This document shows, piece after piece, positions 57,682 to 64,000 of a DNA stretch of 64,000 nucleotides; within the stretch, counting starts at the first letter, position 1; each line of letters starts with the position of its first letter. The notes beneath the pieces were generated by a model. It was not told where the DNA came from and did not search any database. It saw only the letters and a list, made by a program, of their open reading frames with translations. The translations under genes were made by a program, and so were the position numbers. Source of the DNA: Candidatus Micrarchaeota archaeon (GTDB lineage Archaea; Micrarchaeota; Micrarchaeia; Norongarragalinales; Norongarragalinaceae); assembly GCA_016207165.1 (NCBI GenBank), contig JACQQD010000001.1, positions 1 to 64,000 of the forward strand, given 5' to 3'.

Positions 57682-58212
57682 CTACCTCCGAAACTTCTTG
57701 TACCAATCCGACGGCTTCGCCCGCCTCAGTTCGGCGTACCACGACTTGGCCGTTTTTGTCTTGAGTTTGGGCCCGGCCAAGTCAAACCACGTCTGCGCCT
57801 CCCCGTAGCCGGCGGCCACGTACTCTTTGGCCGTCGCCGCCAACTCCAACACGTCCGCGTCCTTGACCACCACCTGAATTTCCGCCGGCACGCGTTTTCC
57901 CAACGCGTCCCGCGTTTTCTTCGGCGCGTTTTGCAGTTGGTCGCGCCACGCCGCCTCCGCGTCAACGACCACGTATTTCTTGGCCACCTTGTGAACGTCC
58001 AGGGTCCGCGCTTCCGCGGCATCGTGAAACAAGGCCGCCACGCACGCTTTTTCGCCGTCCTGTTTTTCCTCCAATGCCAACGCGTACGCGATGCACGCCG
58101 CGCGAAACGCGTGTTCCGCCACGGTCTCCGGATGCCTGACTTTGGCGCTCCACCACCCGCTGCGCGCGATGCGCTTGAGTTCGCCCAACTCGAAAAACCA
58201 ATCCACGGCCAT
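57682..58212 (-). CDS. HD-domain 5'-deoxynucleotidase (YfbR-like)
   Basis: LKRIARSGW, ETVAEH, ALFHDAAEAR, KDADVLE. Confidence 0.9.
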   Translation of the reverse strand: MAVDWFFELGELKRIARSGWWSAKVRHPETVAEHAFRAACIAYALALEEKQDGEKACVAALFHDAAEARTLDVHKVAKKYVVVDAEAAWRDQLQNAPKKTRDALGKRVPAEIQVVVKDADVLELAATAKEYVAAGYGEAQTWFDLAGPKLKTKTAKSWYAELRRAKPSDWYKKFRR

Positions 58213-58370
58213 GAATCGTTTAGTCCGAAGCCCGCCGATTTAACGCTTTGCGTGACCACCGCCCGGCAAAGCCCTTAAATGCGTTGCGCCCACAATACTT
58301 TCAGTACGCTGGTTTTTCCAGGCGTTTGCTTTACAAAAAAGCCGTTTAACAGGGGGTTGGGGTTTAACGT

Positions 58371-59429
58371 ATGACGCGCGTCAAGCAGGTCCTCGACGAA
58401 CGCCGCGTCAAGGTTTTGGACGCCTTGTTCACCAAAGGCGCGATTCGGCCCAGTTTTTCGCTGCTTCAAGAACGAACGGGCCTCACGCGGCCCACCCTGG
58501 TCTCCAGCCTCGCGCACCTGCAGGAGCAGACAGCCATCGTCCAGTACGTGCCGGCGCTGGACTGGAAGAAAATCGGCGTGGGCGTGGAGTCCCTGCCGCT
58601 CTTGGATTTCGATTTCTCGCAAACCGAGGTGCTTTCACAAGTCGCCGAGTGGGCCCGATCTACGCCCAACGTCCGCTTCATGGGCTCCATTGCCAGCGGA
58701 CGCTACAACCTGGCTTTCCGCGAAATGCACCGCTCCATGGAGGCGTTTCAATCCGGAGTCCTTGAGTTCTACCAACGCCAAGTGCCCCGCGCATACCCCC
58801 TGATTCGCGACCGCGCCGTCTACTATTTTTCCGAGCCCGTGTACGCGTACCGCCCGTCAAGCCGTGCCGCCGCCGACATCGTCATCCAACAGGGCCCGGT
58901 AGCCGAACGCAAGAAAATCCAGCTCAAAGACGCCACTCGCCTGTCCATCCTGGGGGCCTTGTTTGAACCCGGCGCGCTCAAACCCCACCTCAAAACCATT
59001 CAACGCGCCACCGGCATGCACTTGGCCACCATCTCCTCGTCCCTGGACTTTCTCCACCAAGAAGGCATTCTCGTCGGTTACGTGCCGCGCCTCAACCCCC
59101 TTGTTTTCGACCTCAAGCTCTTCGGTTTCCTCTTGATTCAAATGCCGACGGTTCCCAAGGCATCGTTCAAAAAACTCGTCGACTTCGCGAAAAAAGACCC
59201 CCACCTGCTGACGTTCACATCCTTGGCGGGCACCGACTACAATTTATGCATGGAGTTCTTGCACGCCGACATCAACGCGTTTAACCGCTCGCTTCAAAAA
59301 TACTATGAAGCGTTTCCCCAACTGGTCTCCGCGCCCCGCGAAATCGTGTACGTCACCGAACCCATCTACAAGAATTTTTCCCGCAGCCAAACCGTCCTGA
59401 ACATCCTGAAAAAAGAACTCGGCCTCTAG
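58371..59429 (+). CDS. tandem-duplicated Lrp/AsnC-like regulator
   Basis: Two ~175-aa halves, each with LD..R..(V/I)L.ALF..GA, HTH, YVP.L and an RAM-like domain ending EP(V/I)Y. Confidence 0.8.
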   Translation: MTRVKQVLDERRVKVLDALFTKGAIRPSFSLLQERTGLTRPTLVSSLAHLQEQTAIVQYVPALDWKKIGVGVESLPLLDFDFSQTEVLSQVAEWARSTPNVRFMGSIASGRYNLAFREMHRSMEAFQSGVLEFYQRQVPRAYPLIRDRAVYYFSEPVYAYRPSSRAAADIVIQQGPVAERKKIQLKDATRLSILGALFEPGALKPHLKTIQRATGMHLATISSSLDFLHQEGILVGYVPRLNPLVFDLKLFGFLLIQMPTVPKASFKKLVDFAKKDPHLLTFTSLAGTDYNLCMEFLHADINAFNRSLQKYYEAFPQLVSAPREIVYVTEPIYKNFSRSQTVLNILKKELGL

Positions 59430-59432
59430 CCG

Positions 59433-59897
59433 TCAGGCGACTTCGTCTTTCTGGTCTCGCTTGATTCTCGCCGTTTCCACCAACGAATTCCACTCCCTTC
59501 CCACATGTTGCAAAGCCTGGCCGAACCGCAAGCTGGGCTTGATCACCATCTTGTGCCGCTTGTCCTTGTCGTCTTGCCCCGTCGGGCTCCGCCTTTCGCG
59601 CGCCAACAACCCGGTCCGCACCAGTTTCGGAATCACGAGGTTGCGCAACGTGGAATTGGCTACGGCCGCTTCGGCTTGCCACTTGGAAATGGCGCGTCCA
59701 TCCATTTCCCCTTCCAACAACAAATGCTTGACGAGCCGGACGGCGACGTCGTACTGAACTTTCTGCAACGCCGGCGGAAACACGATTTTCAAGACGTCTT
59801 CGACTTCCCACCGCGCGTTCAAACTCATGGGTAGTTTTCCGTATTCGAACAACAACGCCTTTTTCGTGGCAATGCCGCGCGATGGAGGGCCGTTCAT
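59433..59897 (-). CDS. winged-helix protein
   Basis: VANSTLRNLVIPKLVRTGLLARE...PSLRFGQAL...W. Confidence 0.7.
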   Translation of the reverse strand: MNGPPSRGIATKKALLFEYGKLPMSLNARWEVEDVLKIVFPPALQKVQYDVAVRLVKHLLLEGEMDGRAISKWQAEAAVANSTLRNLVIPKLVRTGLLARERRSPTGQDDKDKRHKMVIKPSLRFGQALQHVGREWNSLVETARIKRDQKDEVA

Positions 59898-59905
59898 GGT
59901 ATGCC

Positions 59906-60421
59906 CTACGGCAACCGGTTTAATAATTCGTTGACGTGTCGGCGCCAATCCGCATTCGCGGCGCGTTCTTTGAACTCTTCCAGCTTGCGGACGGTTCGCT
60001 CTTTGGCCTGGCCGTCCTGCCAGAAGATGTCGTCTCTATGCGGCGCCCGGCGAACCAATTCGCGCCGAAGTCCTTTGGGCGCCGCATCCGCCTCGGCAAA
60101 AAATTTGCAAAACCAGTCAATGGCCAAGACGTGTCCCGCCACTTCGCGAAGGATGCCGGCCCGCGTGTCCAGGCGGTCCGCCGATTGGTGCACCGTGGCC
60201 ACCACGTACCTTTCACGCCATATTCGTGCTTCCTCTTCCATGTCGCGCGCTTTTTGCTCCAACAACCGGTACGCGTCCTCCACCGCCACCCGCGCCTCGC
60301 CCTTGGCGTAGTTCTGCCCCAATGCCGCCCGCACGTCGGCCTGAACCTTCCGGTACCTGCCTTTCTTGGCCCGCTTTTGTGCGACTTCGTCGTGAAGAAG
60401 CGTCCCAAGATGGCCGAGCAT
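59906..60421 (-). CDS. hypothetical helical protein
   Basis: 171-aa ORF co-oriented between the phoU-like gene and the wHTH gene. Confidence 0.6.
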   Translation of the reverse strand: MLGHLGTLLHDEVAQKRAKKGRYRKVQADVRAALGQNYAKGEARVAVEDAYRLLEQKARDMEEEARIWRERYVVATVHQSADRLDTRAGILREVAGHVLAIDWFCKFFAEADAAPKGLRRELVRRAPHRDDIFWQDGQAKERTVRKLEEFKERAANADWRRHVNELLNRLP

Positions 60422-60449
60422 GATGGTGTCTTGACGCCTGCGACAGGTT

Positions 60450-61310
60450 TTAACCTTTTTCCTGTTTGGAGAGCGTGCGAATCGCCGCCAAGTCCGCCGT
60501 CGTCTCCTCGATTTCCACGCAGTGACGCGCCACGGCTTCCAGCCGCGCCCACGAAAGCGGATCCCTACCCTGTAACTTATCCAAGTCCGCCCGGCACGCC
60601 CAAACCGCCTCCGTGGCCTTGCCTCCGGGCTCGCCGCTGAAAAATTGATTCATGGCCGCGTCGTACGCCGCCTCCAATTTTTCCAACGCCGCTTTCGCCC
60701 GACCCCCTTCCAACGCCAAGGCCTTGAGTTCGTCGGCAATGCTTTCCAATCCTTTGGCCACCAACGCGTCGAACTTGAACTCGGCGTGACGCGCTCCGGC
60801 TCCCATGGAGCGAAGCGCCAACGTGTACAGCCGGTTGACTTCCTGCTCCCGCCGCAACACCGCGTCGCGGTTTCCCTCGTGCGCCAACGCGAACAACGAC
60901 TTGACCACCGCATGCATCCGCCGCAATAATTGTTCCAGGGAGTACTCGTGGCCCGTGGCAAACACGCGAAGGGTTACCCGTTCCTTCTCCTCAAAAACCA
61001 CGTCCACCGCCGCCAAGTGGTCCCGCGCCTGTTGCGCCAAACCCGCCGCGTTCTTGCCGCTCAGCAAAATGTCCTGGGCTCCGGCGATGTACGCCGAAAT
61101 CACGGACCGCAACGCCAGGGCGTTTTCCGCGTCCACCTGCGCCTGAAGAGTCCGCGCCACCGGGCTTGCCATGATTTGAAGCGACCCGTCCGGGTTCTCC
61201 TCCAATCCCACCGCCGCCCCCCTGGAAAGCCCGTGGCCTTCAGCCCACGCTTTCGGAAGGGAAACGATGAACGTGCTTCGACCGGTTTTCTGGACTTTCC
61301 GAGTCTCCAT
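60450..61310 (-). CDS. phoU: archaeal phosphate uptake regulator (AbrB plus PhoU domains)
   Basis: METRKVQKTGRSTFIVSLPKAW, ISAYIAG, LLRRM, EVNRL, LESIAD; GGAGGT RBS. Confidence 0.88.
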   Translation of the reverse strand: METRKVQKTGRSTFIVSLPKAWAEGHGLSRGAAVGLEENPDGSLQIMASPVARTLQAQVDAENALALRSVISAYIAGAQDILLSGKNAAGLAQQARDHLAAVDVVFEEKERVTLRVFATGHEYSLEQLLRRMHAVVKSLFALAHEGNRDAVLRREQEVNRLYTLALRSMGAGARHAEFKFDALVAKGLESIADELKALALEGGRAKAALEKLEAAYDAAMNQFFSGEPGGKATEAVWACRADLDKLQGRDPLSWARLEAVARHCVEIEETTADLAAIRTLSKQEKG

Positions 61311-61392
61311 CTATATACCTCCTATTTTCTATGTGGGTTTGATATATATGTTTCGCGTGGCCTAAAAACTACTCGGGTGTGGAAGCGTAAAC

Positions 61393-61572
61393 ATGGAACC
61401 AAAAGAACCGGTGACCTGGGCCTTGCTGTTTGTTGCAGGAGCAACCCTATTGGCCGCCGCATTCTTTGCTCCCACGCCCGCCCTCTTCTTGTTGGTACTA
61501 GTCGGCGCCGCGTTTCTGCTTCGACCCGAACCGGTGCCTGAACGCGTCTGGGGCCACCACCCCCAACTGTAA
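61393..61572 (+). CDS. 59-aa small membrane protein
   Basis: Manual translation MEPKEPVTWALLFVAGATLLAAAFFAPTPALFLLVLVGAAFLLRPEPVPERVWGHHPQL; CTAAAA box about 25 bp upstream. Confidence 0.6.
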   Translation: MEPKEPVTWALLFVAGATLLAAAFFAPTPALFLLVLVGAAFLLRPEPVPERVWGHHPQL

Positions 61573-62875
61573 TTGTCTTTTTAAGCATCGCGCGATGCTT
61601 GGAATCTCAGCCCAACGCATCTCAACTCTTCGCCATCTCCGCTTGGCCAACACCGGTCCCGTACTTTTTAAACCCTTATTAAGGGCGCGTGGTTTCACCC
61701 GGCTTTACCTGCCTTATTTCAAGTGTGGCCCGGGTTCACTTCGGTTCTAGTTAACGGTATACCGCCAACGCCGGATCTTTGGCCTGAGTTCCGCCTTAAA
61801 CGAACCGAGACGGCCTTCTGTAGGCAGTTTTCATCAACGGCCCCTGCTTTTCTCGCACGACAATTTTTCATCAAGGCAACTCGTCAAGCCGGTATCTCTA
61901 GCGTTTTCCAGCAATGCCTTTTTCCTTTTGGGCCTGATTTTTTGACGTTTTTCCCTTGCTTGGGGGGGCGTGTAATGGCCGGTTTCCTGGTTTGGCCCGG
62001 TTTTCGCCCAAACGGTGGTTTTGGCGGGTTCTGACTGTCTTCGGGCCTATTTTCCGCCTGGCCCTGTTTTTTACTGCGTTGGGCCCCTAAAACCTAAGTC
62101 GTTTTTTTCGCGTCCTACTGGTTTTCGGCACCAATTTTTCATCCATCGCCAAAACATGGGCATTTTTTGGTCGATTTTTGGCAAAATTTTCTCGTTATTA
62201 TCGGAAGAAAAACACCATTAGTGGAACTTTGGGGTATTGTCCAATATCTTTTTGGTATTGCGTTTACTTACTCTCCCACTCCGTAATGGTGTTTTGATTT
62301 TGTGCCTTAGGAATGCATTTGGAGTGGTTTTTGGCTTGCTTTTTTGGTTCTTATCTTCTTTTTGTGTGTTTGGCTTATTTTTGGAGTTGTGTGTTTGCTT
62401 TGCGTCTTTTCTGTTTTCTCCAACCACGAGATTTATAAACTCCCTCATTATGGTGTATTGGTTAGTACGGGAATTATCTTGTTTTGATGGAACAAAATTA
62501 GCGGAATTGGCGCTTTTAGGGCTTTTTAGGCCAGAATTTCGTTTTGGCCCCCCCAAGTGGCCGGTGAACCTTATTTAATATCATAATGAGGAAACCTAGG
62601 TGCTTGGGCGTGTATTCGCGCCCTCTCCTTTTAACCCTTAGTTGTTTATTGTTATGGTGTTTGCTTTATTATATTACTCCAAAATGGTATTTGACTACTT
62701 GGTTCCTTTTCAGTGGAACTAATTAGTGCTTTCGGCCTATTTTCGACGGGTACTTTTCATGAAACCCTCAAATTCGGCCTTTTCAAGGCCTCTGGAAGCC
62801 CGTATTGGCCGTCGTTTTCCTGAGGTGGTGGGCCAAACAGGCAAATTCAACGCCTTTAGTTCCATTAAAATCAAA

Positions 62876-63130
62876 CTATTTTCCAGTTTTTTCGGCTTGA
62901 AACGACTTATGGTGCAATGAAAACCACTTCATCGAGTCGGCAAATTCTTCGGCTTCCCCGGCTTTGGCGGTTTTAGGCGTCCTAGCGCCTTGCTTTTGGC
63001 CCTTTTCAGCTAAGAGGTTTTGAATGGCTTTGTCCAAGCTACATTTTTTACCGGATTTGGCTTGAATTCGTCCAGCCAATTTTTGAAGCGATTTGTAGGT
63101 CTCATCTTGTACGCGAATCAATTTCGTCAT
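62876..63130 (-). CDS. ribbon-helix-helix DNA-binding protein (solo antitoxin-like)
   Basis: TKLIRVQDETYKSLQKL...SLDKAIQNLL. Confidence 0.75.
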   Translation of the reverse strand: MTKLIRVQDETYKSLQKLAGRIQAKSGKKCSLDKAIQNLLAEKGQKQGARTPKTAKAGEAEEFADSMKWFSLHHKSFQAEKTGK

Positions 63131-63133
63131 TTC

Positions 63134-63300
63134 AGTCACTTATTGTTTACTTTGTGACTTATATTTAATCCTTTTTACCTCTAGAACTCCGATTCTTTTC
63201 TTCATTTTTAATTTGTATTCTTAGTATTTTTTGTTTACTTCATTTAACTGTATTTTGTAAACTATAAATTGTTTACTTTTTAGTATATTTAATTTACTTT
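63134..63300. promoter_or_regulatory. TTGTTTACTT repeats upstream of the RHH gene
   Basis: Exact copies at 63143, 63231 and 63269; inverted GTAAAC at 63257; the first copy is enclosed by AGTCAC/GTGACT. Confidence 0.6.
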
Positions 63301-64000
63301 CTGTTCTTTGCTTCCGGTAAAAATGAACTCAATTTTTTGAACTTCAAGCCTAAATCTGCCTACTTTTTGCCCAAAACGCTTTTTCCGAGCCTTTATTCCT
63401 ACAAAAATTGGCGCAAACGCGTTTTTTTGCCGTATTCCCTGGTTTTTTTGTTTTAATCCAAAAAAATGCCTATTTTAATCCTTTTTTCTCGGTTTTGGGC
63501 CCTTCTCCAACGGCCTTTCTGATTTCCAGGCCTAATTTCAATTTTTTTGGTGAAAATCTGCCTAGTTTCGATGTTTTTGTGTGTTTTCAAGACATTTAGA
63601 CGGAGTTTTGATCAATTCTCCTCGGATTTTATGTGAAAAACTGCCCATGACCGGTTTTTCCCGCTTTTTTTGGGGTCGGCAACCTATTTTTCAGTATTTT
63701 GAGGTAAAACATGCCTACTCTTGGGTTTTTTTGGCTTGCCTTACGTCTTTTTTTGTCGAAAACTGGCTATTTGACGGGGGTTTTCCTTGTTTTTGAGGTA
63801 AGCCGGGTTGGTTGCGGGCTTGAAATGATTTTCTTTGGCCTCTTGGTCCGTTGGGATTCGGCTTTACTTCTTGTTCTGGGACTGTTTTTGTTTCCCAAGT
63901 AAAAAACGATTTATTTTTGCGTTTTTCTGCCTATGTTTTTTCCTGCCTATTTCGATTGACCCCCGTCCAAACCATCGACATTTATAAAGGCTTTATAAAT

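Larger units (their letters stand above)
61600..63400. other. AT-rich, largely non-coding region; candidate replication origin
   Basis: Sharp GC drop, + strand becomes T/G-rich, TGGAAC-core motifs at 62218, 62485, 62709 (+) and 62858 (-). Confidence 0.55.

Noticed and set aside
61723-63902. Phe/Leu-rich or Lys/Asn-rich short ORFs in the terminal region
   Set aside because: Composition simply mirrors the T-rich strand bias; no RBS or family motifs. Only the RHH ORF is retained.

Overview
Archaeal chromosomal segment, GC-rich and gene-dense. Many genes appear leaderless, with TTTAAA/CTTAAA-type TATA boxes about 25-30 bp upstream. Gene content (RadA, NurA/HerA/Mre11/Rad50, Cdc6/Orc1, TFE, SRP54, class I CCA enzyme, Trm56, GGGP/DGGGP synthases, class III signal-peptide protein, intron-containing tRNAs) suggests a DPANN archaeon, probably Micrarchaeota-like; this placement is inferred, not tested. 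The window holds about 80 CDSs, four tRNAs (Arg-GCG, Cys-GCA and Lys-CTT with canonical 37/38 introns; initiator Met) and three toxin-antitoxin pairs, one frameshifted. No CRISPR array, rRNA, integrase or transposase was seen. Main unexplained signals: (1) a TATA-preceded ~165-205 nt element at 46977-47182 made of five to six tandem hairpins with related (C)GCA loops inside a closing stem, a candidate novel ncRNA; (2) a protein with ECF sigma-factor-like region 2 and region 4 motifs, head-to-head with cdc6; (3) a clustered ORB-like motif TTA(C/G)TGGAA(C/G)TnTGGGG around dcd and in the AT-rich, skew-switching 61.6-64 kb region (candidate oriC); (4) a stand-alone 17-aa Lys-rich micro-ORF; (5) a 1383-aa pilin-signal repeat protein inside the herA-mre11 cluster. 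All calls come from reading motifs by eye; no database searches or folding programs were run.
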